Assembly: GCA_030059665.1 (NCBI GenBank)
Contig: JANVYR010000002.1
Coordinates: forward strand, 321,441-385,440
Reading direction: 5' to 3'
From: Candidatus Calditenuis fumarioli
GTDB lineage: Archaea > Thermoproteota > Nitrososphaeria_A > Caldarchaeales > Calditenuaceae
DNA length: 64,000 nt
Position 1 is the stretch's first letter; each line of letters starts with the position of its first letter. Made by a program: the position numbers and the translations under genes. Below, in pieces: positions 36,733 to 46,920 of this stretch. Below the pieces are notes generated by a model that made no database searches, had not been told where the DNA came from, and saw nothing but the letters and a program-made list of their open reading frames with translations.

Positions 36733-37413
36733 ATGACCGCGGTTCGCCTGAAGCCGCGCGTGAGGGGTACCTTCGCCGACGACGTGGCTGTCCTGAGGGA
36801 GGCCGTGAGGAGGAGGTACGGAGAGGGCGTTGCGAGGGCACTCGAGGATCCTGCCTCCAAGCTCCTCGAGCTCCACAGCAGGGGGATCGTCAAGACCAAC
36901 CACTCGGTCCTCGAGCTGATCTGCGCCGCGCACCTCATCTCGATGGGTTACGAGGTCGACGTCGAGCGGCAGCTGGAGGGTCCGCTGGTCTGCGACGTCT
37001 ACGGCGTCAAGGGCGGGGGAACGATCGTGGTCGAGATCGAGACGGGCTTCACGTCACCGGAGCACGCGCTCGACCCGCTCACCTACCTCAGGGCCCGGAT
37101 CGCCAGCAAGGTGGCCCGCTACAGCAGGTTCGCCGACCGGTTCTGCCTCGCCACGCCGAGGAACAACCTCCTCGAGATCCACAGCGCCCTCATCAAGCCT
37201 CCCGCAGCGAGGACCCGGACCGAGCTGGAGCGCCTAAAGGCCCTCTGCGACCTGTACTACACGAGCCCGCCGGTGACGATGGAGGAGCTGAGGAACTGCA
37301 GGCTCCACTCGGTGATGGTGATCGACGTGGACGACCTCACGGTCCAGGAGTTCTCACCGGAGGAGTACAGGGAGATGCTGACGCGCTGCGGCCTCTCCGA
37401 GTGGGACGATTAG
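36733..37413 (+). CDS. Hypothetical protein with possible PD-(D/E)xK nuclease-like core
   Basis: ELICAAHLISMGYEVDVE...CDVYGVKGGGTIVVEIETG has E...D...ExE spacing like an endonuclease fold. Assignment is weak. Confidence 0.45.
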   Translation: MTAVRLKPRVRGTFADDVAVLREAVRRRYGEGVARALEDPASKLLELHSRGIVKTNHSVLELICAAHLISMGYEVDVERQLEGPLVCDVYGVKGGGTIVVEIETGFTSPEHALDPLTYLRARIASKVARYSRFADRFCLATPRNNLLEIHSALIKPPAARTRTELERLKALCDLYYTSPPVTMEELRNCRLHSVMVIDVDDLTVQEFSPEEYREMLTRCGLSEWDD

Positions 37414-38939
37414 GGCTCCTGGAATTCTCGGAGGTACCTGGGGCCGGAGCTGGTGACGACCCGCCAGAGGAGAGCAGAGGCGGAGACTACGTAGACGCAG
37501 AGCCCAGCGAGCAGCACGGGGCTCACGACGTCGGGCGCGGGGTACAGCACCCTCACGACGACGACCGGGAGCGACAGCAGCGCGGAGCCCAGCATCGGGA
37601 AGAGGACGTACAGGAGCGAGCCGAGCGAGAGCGGCGACGTGGCCACCCTCGAGGAGACCGAGATCGCCACGGACAGTAGCGAACCGAAGGAGGACATCGC
37701 GAAGAGCAGCAGCGAGTCGACCAGCAGGAAGGGGACCTCCTCCGCTCCCAGAGAGATCAGGGCGTAGAGCAGGCCCGAGAAAACAACGGTGACCGTCAGG
37801 TAGGAGAGCGAGAGGGTGCCGACGTAGCTCCTGAGGGCGTCGCCCGTGACCGAGATGTACCACGTGTTCCTCCGCTCGGAGACGTTCCAGTTGATCGCCA
37901 GCAGCGCCGGCAATAGCGGCGTGTACATGGCCACCATCGAGAGCTCGGCCAGCCTGGGGAAGCTCCCGAAGCCCGTGAGCCTCGGTATCGCGGAGTTCAC
38001 CAGCGTCAGGAACGCCAGCACCATCGCCCCGGTCCAGAGGCTCCCCTCCCTGGAGATCCTGGTCAGGTGGAGCGCGTACATCGTCCACCATAGCCCTCCA
38101 CGACCGACCAGACCGATCGAGGCGCTTAGGACCCCGGGGATCCTGAGGTACCTCGGCATCCGACGGGGAGGCTCCATCAGCACCGTCATCAGCAGCGGCG
38201 AGACCGCGGTGTAGAACCTGGCCCTGGAGAGGACGGCGTATGCGGCCACCAGCAGCGCGAGGTAGAGCGAGACGACCGGCAACCTCGAGGCGTCACCGGC
38301 CAGCAGGAGGGCCAACGCCTGGACCGGGTGGTAGGCCATCCACGGAGGGGAGTCGATGCCGGCCGCAAGCAAAACCACCGGCAGCACCACCAGCCCCATC
38401 ACCGCCCAGCCCATTGCCCTCGACGCCCTCTCTCCGACGACGGCCCTCGAGACCCCGAGGAGGTGAGAGGTCATGGCAGCCATCAGGATGGCGGTCAGGT
38501 AGGTCAGGGCAGCGGTGGGGAGGTAGGCGAGGTGGCGGGGATAGGTCAGCACCGATATGGCGACGAGCGAGGAGGGTACCGAGTAGAGGCTCAGCAGCAT
38601 CACCTGGAACGCGAGGTCCGAGAGCAGGAAGACGTGGGGCCTGACCGGTGAGGTCAGCACGAACTCGACCTCGTAGGGGAAGGCCGTCACACCGCCCCTC
38701 GTTCCCAGAAAGGCTCCTATCCCGAGCATGGAGGTGACCGTGACCAGCGAGAGGACCTCGAGCGCTCCGGAGACCCCGCCCAGGGCCGAGGATCCGAGGA
38801 ACCTGAGGAAGAGGGCGAGAGCTCCCACCACGAAGGTCCAGAGGAGGTAGAACGTGACCAGCGAGAAAACCGACCTGGGAGAGCGCCTGACGTGGCCGAA
38901 GTACTGCTTCACCTTCGCCGATAGCAGCAACCGGATCAT
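37410..38939 (-). CDS. ABC-2-type transporter permease (12 TM)
   Basis: Polytopic membrane protein, 509 aa. ATGA overlap with the downstream ATPase gene. Confidence 0.6.
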   Translation of the reverse strand: MIRLLLSAKVKQYFGHVRRSPRSVFSLVTFYLLWTFVVGALALFLRFLGSSALGGVSGALEVLSLVTVTSMLGIGAFLGTRGGVTAFPYEVEFVLTSPVRPHVFLLSDLAFQVMLLSLYSVPSSLVAISVLTYPRHLAYLPTAALTYLTAILMAAMTSHLLGVSRAVVGERASRAMGWAVMGLVVLPVVLLAAGIDSPPWMAYHPVQALALLLAGDASRLPVVSLYLALLVAAYAVLSRARFYTAVSPLLMTVLMEPPRRMPRYLRIPGVLSASIGLVGRGGLWWTMYALHLTRISREGSLWTGAMVLAFLTLVNSAIPRLTGFGSFPRLAELSMVAMYTPLLPALLAINWNVSERRNTWYISVTGDALRSYVGTLSLSYLTVTVVFSGLLYALISLGAEEVPFLLVDSLLLFAMSSFGSLLSVAISVSSRVATSPLSLGSLLYVLFPMLGSALLSLPVVVVRVLYPAPDVVSPVLLAGLCVYVVSASALLWRVVTSSGPRYLREFQEP

Positions 38940-39679
38940 CCGGTCCTTCCCCGGGAGCCACGAACGATGTTGATGAACGCCTCCTCAAGCGTTGACCCCT
39001 CGTCGAGCCCGGCCCTCCTGAGGATCTCGGAGATGGTCCCCGAGGCCACCGCGCGGCCGGAGCTGAGGATGGTGGCCCTGTCGCAGAGCCTCTCGACCGA
39101 GTCCAGGAGGTGCGTGCTCACCAGCACAGCGCCCCCTGCCTTGGCGGTCTCGCGCATCAGCACCTTCGCGACCCGCTGGGCCTCCGGGTCCAGGCCGTTG
39201 AACGGCTCGTCGAGCACCAGTATCTTCGGGGAGTTGATCACGGCCGCCGCGAAGGCGACCCTCTGCCTCGTCCCCTTCGAGAGGTCGTGGATGAGCCTCT
39301 CCCAATGGGCCTCAACGCCGAAGAGCGCAGCCACCTCCTCCGCCCTGTCCCGGGCCTCCCTCGGCTCGAGACCCTTCAGCCTGCCCATCAGGAGCAGGAA
39401 CTCCCCCACCGTCAGGTACTCCGGGAGCGAGGGGTTCTCCGGGAGGTACCCGAGCAGCTCCTTGTAGGTCCAGTCGTCCGGGACCTCCCTCCCCGCCACC
39501 CTTATCGCGCCCCGGTCGGGCCTGAGCAGCCCCACCACGCACTTGACCGTCGTCGTCTTCCCGGCGCCGTTGGGGCCGAGCAGCCCGTGGACCTCACCCG
39601 CCTCGACGGTGAAGGAGAGGCCCCTCACGACCGGCCCCTCGCCGAAGTCCTTCCAGAGGTCCCTGACCTCGATGATCAA
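38936..39679 (-). CDS. ABC transporter ATP-binding protein
   Basis: Walker A GPNGAGKTT, signature LSKGTRQR, Walker B ILVLDEP. Confidence 0.9.
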   Translation of the reverse strand: MIIEVRDLWKDFGEGPVVRGLSFTVEAGEVHGLLGPNGAGKTTTVKCVVGLLRPDRGAIRVAGREVPDDWTYKELLGYLPENPSLPEYLTVGEFLLLMGRLKGLEPREARDRAEEVAALFGVEAHWERLIHDLSKGTRQRVAFAAAVINSPKILVLDEPFNGLDPEAQRVAKVLMRETAKAGGAVLVSTHLLDSVERLCDRATILSSGRAVASGTISEILRRAGLDEGSTLEEAFINIVRGSRGRTG

Positions 39680-39719
39680 CCCACGTCGACCAGCTTCTAC
39701 CCCCCCGAAAAGCCTTCGC

Positions 39720-40532
39720 TCATCCCGTCAGTAGGTAGACGACCGATGCCACGACTGCACCCGTCAGCGCGCAGACCGCGTTGACCGCCTGGTTGTCGAA
39801 GCCCCTGATCCCCCTGACGAGCTGCGCGGGCGCTCCGCAGTGTACTGGGACCTCCGTCAGGGCCCCGCAGACGCCGCACCGGTAAACGGCCTGGAGCAGC
39901 TGGCCCGAGACGCTGTCAACAGTGGTCCCGACGACGGACGAGAGGGTCACCGTTAGCAGCAGGCGCGAAGGCCCGAGAGGGTTCGTGAAGAACAGGACCG
40001 AGACGGCCCACGAGATGGCCGCCGCCGTCAGGGCTCCCACGTAGCCCAGCGCCGTCACGCCTCCCGGCTCGCCGGGCCTAGCCTCTCCGAAACCCAGTAT
40101 CCTCCTGACCTTCCCCCTGCTCAGGAGCCCCACCTCGGTCGCCATCGTGTCGGCGAAGACCGCCGCGACGGATCCGATGAAGGCGTGGACGAACAGGTGA
40201 TGGTTGGATGGGTAGAGCGCGCTGAGGAGAGCCGCGACGCCCGCGACGCCACCGTTCCCCACCACGTTCCTCCACCCCCTCATCCCTCCCTTCAGCTCTG
40301 CCGCGCCGACGGCCCTCTTCCTCTCGTAGCCGATGCGTGTGAAGGCCGCCGAGACCGCGAGGAACGTCACCAGCAGCACCGCCCCTCCACGGCCCACCGT
40401 GAGGTAGACGACCGCTCCCAGGACCACCGCCGCAGCTCCTCCTGCCGCGTCGAGGACCCTCGTCCTCCAGACGACGACGCTCACGGCTCCCAGGAAGGCC
40501 GCGGCCTCGAGCAGCAGCCAGAGGTCAACCAT
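39720..40532 (-). CDS. DUF92 (TMEM19-like) integral membrane protein
   Basis: Six or seven TM helices with Gly/Ala-rich segments. Confidence 0.55.
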   Translation of the reverse strand: MVDLWLLLEAAAFLGAVSVVVWRTRVLDAAGGAAAVVLGAVVYLTVGRGGAVLLVTFLAVSAAFTRIGYERKRAVGAAELKGGMRGWRNVVGNGGVAGVAALLSALYPSNHHLFVHAFIGSVAAVFADTMATEVGLLSRGKVRRILGFGEARPGEPGGVTALGYVGALTAAAISWAVSVLFFTNPLGPSRLLLTVTLSSVVGTTVDSVSGQLLQAVYRCGVCGALTEVPVHCGAPAQLVRGIRGFDNQAVNAVCALTGAVVASVVYLLTG

Positions 40533-41847
40533 GACCGAGCAACCTCTCCACCTCTTCGGCCACCCCCTCCCTCTGGACCTCCAGCTGCCTCCCCTCGCGC
40601 ATGTCCCTCACCAGCACCACGCCCCTCTCGCGCTCCCTCGCGCCGACGATCAGCACCAACCTCACGCCCCTCTCCGACGCGAGCCCCAGCTCGTCACCGA
40701 GCGACCTGCCGGGGAAGGCCGTCTCCACCGCTATCCCCCTCCGCCTCACGGAATCCGCCACCATCAGCGCGTACTCGCCGTCGCTCCTCGTCAGCGGCTT
40801 GACCAGCACCTTCGGCCCTCCCACATCGGCCCTGTAACCCATCCTGTCGACGAGGTACTGCATGACCCTCGTGATCCCTATGGCCACGCCGACTCCCGGG
40901 AAGTCCCGGCCTCCGAAGAGGCCGATCAGGCCGTCGTAACGCCCGCCACCGGCCAGCGCCACGCTCGCCCTCGGGCCGTAGACCTCGAGGATGACCCCTG
41001 TGTAGTAGCTCAACCCCCTCGCGAACCCCGGGACGTATCCTATCCGGTCGCGCCCCACCAGCGCCTCCAGGACCCTGAGGACCGCCTCCAGCTCCTCGAC
41101 CTGCTGCCGTGCCCCCTCGACCCGCGAGAGCAGCTCCCTCACCTCACCGACCTCCGCAGGGCCCTCGATCGAGACCAGCTCGAGGTAGGCCTCCTTCGCC
41201 GAGGGATCGCCCGGAGCCTCCCTCACGATCCCCATCGCCTCCTCCCTCCTGCCCCTGTCGATCAGCGAGAGGACCCTGTCCTGCGAGGACTCGTCCAGCC
41301 CGCACGCCGAGAGCACCGCCCTGTGGATCCCAACGTGCCCGAGCTTCACCCTGAAGTCCCTTATCCCCACCGACTCGAAGAAGTCCCTGCATATCAGCAC
41401 CTGCTCCGCGTCCGCCATCGGGTCCCTGACGCCGATCAGCTCGAACCCCGCGTGGTAGAACCTCCTCCTCCTGCCCCACTGCGGCTCGTCGAGCCTGTAG
41501 CAGTCGGCTACGTACCCGAGCCTAACCGGTAGCGGCCTCCTGCTCAGCCTCGCCGCGAAGAGCCTCGCGACCGGCGCGGTCATCTCCGGCCTCAGGACGA
41601 GCCTCCTGCCGTGGGCGTCCTCGAACCCGAACATGTGCGTCAGGATCTCCTCGCCGCTCTTGACCGCGAAGACCTCGTAGTGCTCCACCGCTGGGGTCTC
41701 GATCATCCTGTAGCCGTAGGCCTCCATCACCGCCCTCGCCTTCCTGACCAGCTCGTCCTGGACCGCGTACTCCTCCGGCGTGAGGTCGTCCATCCCCTTC
41801 GGCGGATCGAGGGGCGGCCTCAACCTGCGCCCTCTTCTCTCTTCCAT
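40525..41847 (-). CDS. hisS: Histidyl-tRNA synthetase
   Basis: PKGMDDLTPEE near the N-terminus; class II motifs including GGGRYDGL. Confidence 0.9.
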   Translation of the reverse strand: MEERRGRRLRPPLDPPKGMDDLTPEEYAVQDELVRKARAVMEAYGYRMIETPAVEHYEVFAVKSGEEILTHMFGFEDAHGRRLVLRPEMTAPVARLFAARLSRRPLPVRLGYVADCYRLDEPQWGRRRRFYHAGFELIGVRDPMADAEQVLICRDFFESVGIRDFRVKLGHVGIHRAVLSACGLDESSQDRVLSLIDRGRREEAMGIVREAPGDPSAKEAYLELVSIEGPAEVGEVRELLSRVEGARQQVEELEAVLRVLEALVGRDRIGYVPGFARGLSYYTGVILEVYGPRASVALAGGGRYDGLIGLFGGRDFPGVGVAIGITRVMQYLVDRMGYRADVGGPKVLVKPLTRSDGEYALMVADSVRRRGIAVETAFPGRSLGDELGLASERGVRLVLIVGARERERGVVLVRDMREGRQLEVQREGVAEEVERLLGHG

Positions 41848-42661
41848 CTAATTTAGGTGCCATGCGGACCCGATGGCCTCGGGTTGGGACGAGGAGAGCC
41901 CACGGGTCGAGCTGAAGGCAGAGAACAGGGTAGTCACGGAAAAGGCGTGAGGATCGGGAGGGTGGAGCGCTTTGGCATAGGGTGCGCGCCCGGACAGCTC
42001 GGGCGATTGGGAGTGGCGCGCTGAGGGCGTCCGGCTTACGCCTCCGCCCTTACACGCCCACCCCATCAACCCCCTCTTCTAGGGGAGCCCTCGTCGGGGC
42101 CCAAGGCCCGTTGCCGGGCCCTATAGGCCCCGATTGGCCGCCTATTTTTGGGAGGGGCTTCGGGCTTAGATGCTTTCAGCCCTTATCCCCAGGGGCGCGG
42201 CTGCCCGGCGTCGCCCTGTAGGACGACCGGCACACCGTTGGCCCCGGCCCTCCGTTCCTCTCGTACTAGGAGGACCTTGCCCTCAGGCGGCCCGCACCCC
42301 CAGCAGGTAGAATCCGACCTGGCTCACGCCGGTCTAAACCCAGCTCACGTTCCCCTTTGATAGGCGAGCAGCCTCACCCTTGGCCCCTGCTGCGAGGCCA
42401 GGATGGGAAGAGCCGACATCGAGGTACCAAGCCGCGGGGTCGATGGGGACTCTCGCCCGCGACGAGCCTGTTATCCCTGGGGTAACTTTTCTGTCACCAC
42501 CGGCCCCCACTGGTAGGGGCCGATGGATCGCTAGGCCCGGGTTTCCCCTCAGGACCCCTTGCGTTCGAGGGTCCTGTCAGGCCGGCTTTTGCCCTTGCAC
42601 TCTACAGCGGGTTTCTGTCCCGCCTGAGCCGACCTTTGGGCTCCCCCGATATCTTTTCGGG

Positions 42662-42692
<31 letters not shown>

Positions 42693-43534
42693 CCGTTGTC
42701 CCAGGGCACAGGCCCCGGTTAGCGGGACAGCCCCAGGTGGCCGGTGTTACATTGGCGCCTCCCCGGGCCCCCGGAGAGGCCCGGATCGACGGCTCCCGGC
42801 TACGCTATGCACCCAGAGCCATCCCGCAGCGACAGGCTGCAGTAAAGCTCCACAGGGTCTTCTCTCCCCGCTGGGGGTCCGTGGACTGTTCGTCCACGTT
42901 ATGTGGGTTCACGGGGCTCCGGGCCGGGACAGTGGGGCCCTCGTTGATCCATTCGTGCGCGTCGGAACTCACCCGACAAGGCATTTGGCTACCTTAAGAG
43001 GGTCAGGATTACCCCCGGCGCTAGCCGGCCCTTATCCCGGTTGGACCCGGGTTTCAGGTACCGGTGCTGGCCAGGATTGAGAAGCCGTTCAAAGCCTTTC
43101 GGCCTTGCGGCTTCCTATGTTTTTATTAAACAGTCGGGACCCCCTTGTCACTGCGACCTGCCAACCCCTCCTCGTCGGAGAGGAAGGCAGGCACCCCTTC
43201 TCCCGAGGTTACGGGGCCAATTTGCCGAGTTCCCTGGCCCGGAGTCACCCCAGACGCCTTGGCCTTCTCAGCCAGGGGCACCAGTGTCGGATCTAGGTAC
43301 GGTCTCCCGGGATCGTTCCGGACCCCCTTTTCACTGGCTCCAGGGATCGGCCGAAGCGGCATGCGCCGCCCCGTCACGCCTTCACCCGGTTCTCGCCATT
43401 ACGGCCCTCCCCGGGCTTCAGCGCTTGGCCGGAGCTACGGCCCCGGTCGGCCTACCCCGAAGCGTCAGGGGTCCGGCCTGCGTTGCCGCACCTACCCGGG
43501 AGGCGCCGGAATCTTAACCGGCTTCCCCTTCGGC

Positions 43535-44170
43535 CTACCCGGTTAAGGTCGGCCTTAGGACCGGCTTACTCCCGGCTGACGACGCATTGCCGGGAAACCC
43601 GTGCCCTTCCGGCGGAGGGGATTCGAGGAGAGGGAGAAGGGCCGTCCGTTCCCAAAAGGTGAACAAGTCAAGGAGGAAGGAATTGTAAACCCTAATTGAG
43701 AGAGTTCCAAAATTTGAGCGTGATGTTCGCGATCCACGCCTCACTACGGATTTGCGGAATTGCGACAAGGGTATATTCAGCAGATTTGACCAATATCTCT
43801 CCAATTTCTGTACGACCTCGTCACGTTCCCATTTAGCGAGTTTAATTTGCAATCGAGGTTTAATCGCACTTCTCGTCACCCCTAATATCTCCAAAAATTT
43901 GACCATGGCCAGAAGCTTATTAGGGTCGCTATTAACGAATTCGAACCTCGTCTTCACGGTTTTGGGCCTCTTGGTTCCTTCACCTGCGTAGAGGCCTATA
44001 GCGTACCCGAATAAGATCGCGGGGACGAATCGTCGGATAACGATGCTTCCCACCCGGCCGTTTCGGTACTTATATTGAATGATTATCCTGTCGTCCTCAA
44101 TTATCTTCCTAATCACTTTGCTAAAGTTCAAGGTTTCGGGAACCAATTCGGCAATATCTACACAAATCAT
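43535..44170 (-). CDS. LAGLIDADG homing endonuclease (intron-encoded); C-terminal ~30 codons read into 3' exon
   Basis: ILFGYAIGLYAGEGTK is a LAGLIDADG-type motif. ATG at 44170 is inside the intron. Confidence 0.7.
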   Translation of the reverse strand: MICVDIAELVPETLNFSKVIRKIIEDDRIIIQYKYRNGRVGSIVIRRFVPAILFGYAIGLYAGEGTKRPKTVKTRFEFVNSDPNKLLAMVKFLEILGVTRSAIKPRLQIKLAKWERDEVVQKLERYWSNLLNIPLSQFRKSVVRRGSRTSRSNFGTLSIRVYNSFLLDLFTFWERTALLPLLESPPPEGHGFPGNASSAGSKPVLRPTLTG

Positions 44171-44229
44171 GCCCTTTACTTCGTAGATTTGTTTAAGACT
44201 GGTTATTTAAAGATTATTGGACGGCCCTG
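43636..44229 (-). mobile_element. Archaeal rRNA intron (bulge-helix-bulge-like) in 23S domain III-equivalent hairpin
   Basis: A 0.6-kb AT-rich block. Its flanks GAGAGGG[UCA]GGGCCGUC and GACGGCCC[UUCUC]CCUCUC form a long bulged helix. Removing it restores an E. coli-like AAAG-CGGGUGAAAAGCCCG-CUCGCCGGAAG topology. Confidence 0.6.
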
Positions 44230-45911
44230 ACCCTCTCTTTCCCACCCCTCTTCGCTGTCTACTACCACCGGGATCTGCATTGGCGGCCGGTCCACGGGAC
44301 CTCACGGCCCCGCTTCTGCCCAGCCGCCACGCCCCCCTACCCCCACCCGTGCAAGGCACGGGTGAGCCCGGGTTTCGGCGGCCCGCTTAGACCCGTCAAT
44401 TTTCGGGGCCCCCGTCCTCGGCGGGTAAGCTGTTACGCACTTCTTAGCCGATGGCTGCTTCTAAGCCTACGGCCCCGCTGTCTCAGGACGGGGACGCCCT
44501 TCGGTTTGTCACTTAGCGGGCACTTAGGGGCCTTAACCCGAGGTCTGGGTTGTTCCCCTCTCGGTCCTGGAGCTTACCCCCAGTACCCCACTCCCGGGAT
44601 CTACGGCGCCCGCGGGTTCGTAGTTTGAAAGGAGAGCGGGGCCTCATCGGCCCCTTTCTCCCCTATCAGTGCCCTACCCCGCGGGCAACCTCCCCCGGGG
44701 CTGTCCTGCGAGACACTTCGGGGGGAACTAGCTATCACCGGGCTCGGTTAGCTTTTGACTCCTAGCCCCAGGTCAGGGGACCGAATTGCACGTCAGGACC
44801 CCTATTCGGGCCTCGACCGGGGTTTCCCCCGGCTTCACCCTGCCCAGGGCTAGATCGCCCGGTTTCTAGCCTCACGGGCGTGGCTACAGGCCCTTTCGGA
44901 CCCCGCCCCTCGCCGGGGCTAACCCCGGCTGCGGGCGCTCGGTTTCCCTACGCCTCCGGGCTTACAGCCCTTAGACTCGCCACACCCGTGAACTCCCCGG
45001 CCCGTGTTTCAAGACGGAGCGGACGACCCTGGGATTGTCCCCGCGCGGCCCCTTGCGGGGCCTTGACGGGGATTTCCCTTTCGGGCCGCCCTCGTCTGTT
45101 ACCGGCCGGTTTCAGGCGCTTTTCACCCCCCTCTCGGGGTACTTTTCACCTTTCGCTCACGCTACTGGTCCGCTATCGGTCTTGGGACGTATTTAGCCTT
45201 GGAGGCCAGTGGCCCCCAACTTCCCGCACCATATCCGAGGTGCGGTACTCTGGGATCCGGGGCATCACCCATCCGCCCTTCGCCTACGGGGCTGTCACCC
45301 TCTGTGGCCCCCCATTCCAGGGGAGTTCGGCTCGGGCTTCAGGGTGGACCCCCGGCCCTTAACCCCACATTCCCCCTGAGTTTCCCCAGGGGGTTCGGTT
45401 TGGGCTTCTCCCCGTTCGGTCGCCCCTACTAGGGGAATCTCGTTTGATTTCTTCTCCTCCCCCTACTTGGATGCTTCCGTTCGGGGGGTTCCCGATCCCG
45501 GCTCGAGGCCGGGACCGCGGCGAGCCGAAGCCCGCCGCAGGATGTCCCATTAGGAGATCCCCGGATCTACCCCTGCCTGCGGGTACCCGGGGCTTATCGC
45601 AGCTTGCCACGTCCTTCGTCGGCGCCCAAGCCGAGGCATCCACCGGCCGGCGTACCCCTGTCCGGGCCAAGGCGCACCCTATCTTGCCGCGCTCCACCCT
45701 CCCATGACGCGGTCACAGCATGAGCTCCCGCATCCCGCCGTGGGGCCTCCCCCGCGGCGTTCACGCCAACTGGGTATTGTGCAAAAGGACCCTATTAAAC
45801 CATCCGACGAATAAGGCAGTAAAGAGTGCCCAATCATACGGGTCCTGCCAGCCCGTCGCCCCGCTGCCCCTGCAAATGGCAACCCACGACGTCGGACTAA
45901 AATGAAACCCG

Positions 45912-46094
45912 GTGCCCGTTGGTTCAGGCATGCCGGAGGCATGGGAGGTAGTATCCGTCGTCGCGATCTTCCTGTTCGTGCTGCTCCTGGCGCTGCTGGT
46001 CGTCGGCCTCGCGGACTTCATGAGGGCCGTGGGCCAGCTCCTGAGGATAGCGCTTCCTCTCAGCGGCAACCCGTTCCAGCTGATCTTATCTTGA
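45912..46094 (+). CDS. Possible small single-TM protein (60 aa)
   Basis: Hydrophobic helix VVSVVAIFLFVLLLALLVVGLADF with high GC3. Convergent with the rhomboid gene. Confidence 0.25.
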   Translation: MPVGSGMPEAWEVVSVVAIFLFVLLLALLVVGLADFMRAVGQLLRIALPLSGNPFQLILS

Positions 46095-46098
46095 CAAT

Positions 46099-46752
46099 TC
46101 AATAATAGAACAGCACGTAGTACCTTCTGCGGATTAAAGCTCTGAACCACAGACCCATGAGCATGCCCACCACCAGACCGCCGACGTGTGCGGTGTAGGC
46201 GATGGAGCCGAACGGCAGCGCGAGGGCCAACAGCGTCTGAATTAGTCCCATGATCGCGATGGCCGCGAATGCCGGAGCCACTATCGGCAGGAAGTAGAGG
46301 AAGAACGCGACGGGTCTCCTCGGAAAGAGGACCGCGAACGAGCCCATCACCCCGAAGACCGCTCCGGACGCGCCTATCGCTGGAACGAAGGCGGCCCTTG
46401 GATCGAAAGCCGCAGCGTAGGTGAGCATGTAGAAGACGTAGGCGATTCCGCCCGCGATCCCGCTCAAAAAGTAGACCAGCGTGAAGCGCCCGCTGCCGAC
46501 AGTCGACTCGATGTCTCTGCCGAAGATGAAGAGGGCCCACATGTTGAACAGTATGTGGAGGAGGTCGGCGTGGAGGAACATGGACGTGATCAGCCTGTAG
46601 TACTCGTGTTCGAAGACGATCATCGCCGGAACGGCTCCGTATGCCAGGAAAACCCTCGGCAATCCCATCGCGAGCGACAGCAGGAAGACGAGGAAATTGA
46701 CCGCTATCAGCGCGTAGGTCACGACCGGCGTCCGATCGAACTCGCGCAACAC
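46099..46752 (-). CDS. Rhomboid family intramembrane serine protease
   Basis: GASGAVFG catalytic Ser motif and AHVGGLVVG catalytic His motif. Confidence 0.85.
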   Translation of the reverse strand: MLREFDRTPVVTYALIAVNFLVFLLSLAMGLPRVFLAYGAVPAMIVFEHEYYRLITSMFLHADLLHILFNMWALFIFGRDIESTVGSGRFTLVYFLSGIAGGIAYVFYMLTYAAAFDPRAAFVPAIGASGAVFGVMGSFAVLFPRRPVAFFLYFLPIVAPAFAAIAIMGLIQTLLALALPFGSIAYTAHVGGLVVGMLMGLWFRALIRRRYYVLFYY

Positions 46753-46920
46753 CGGATGTCACGACTTGAAGGACCATAAGTTGAAGTTATCGACGGCGCT
46801 GGGCTCCGATACGATTAAAGTGTTGTCAAGCCCTGCAATCCGCTCTAGAGTGGAACCGACCAGCCACCGGACCTGAGGGGACGGAGAACGGAGATAGGGA
46901 CGCCGTACCAGAAGAGGCCG

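Noticed and set aside
45761-46777. 338-aa minus-strand ORF
   Set aside because: It is an Arg-rich alternative frame over the rhomboid protease gene and has no domain signal.
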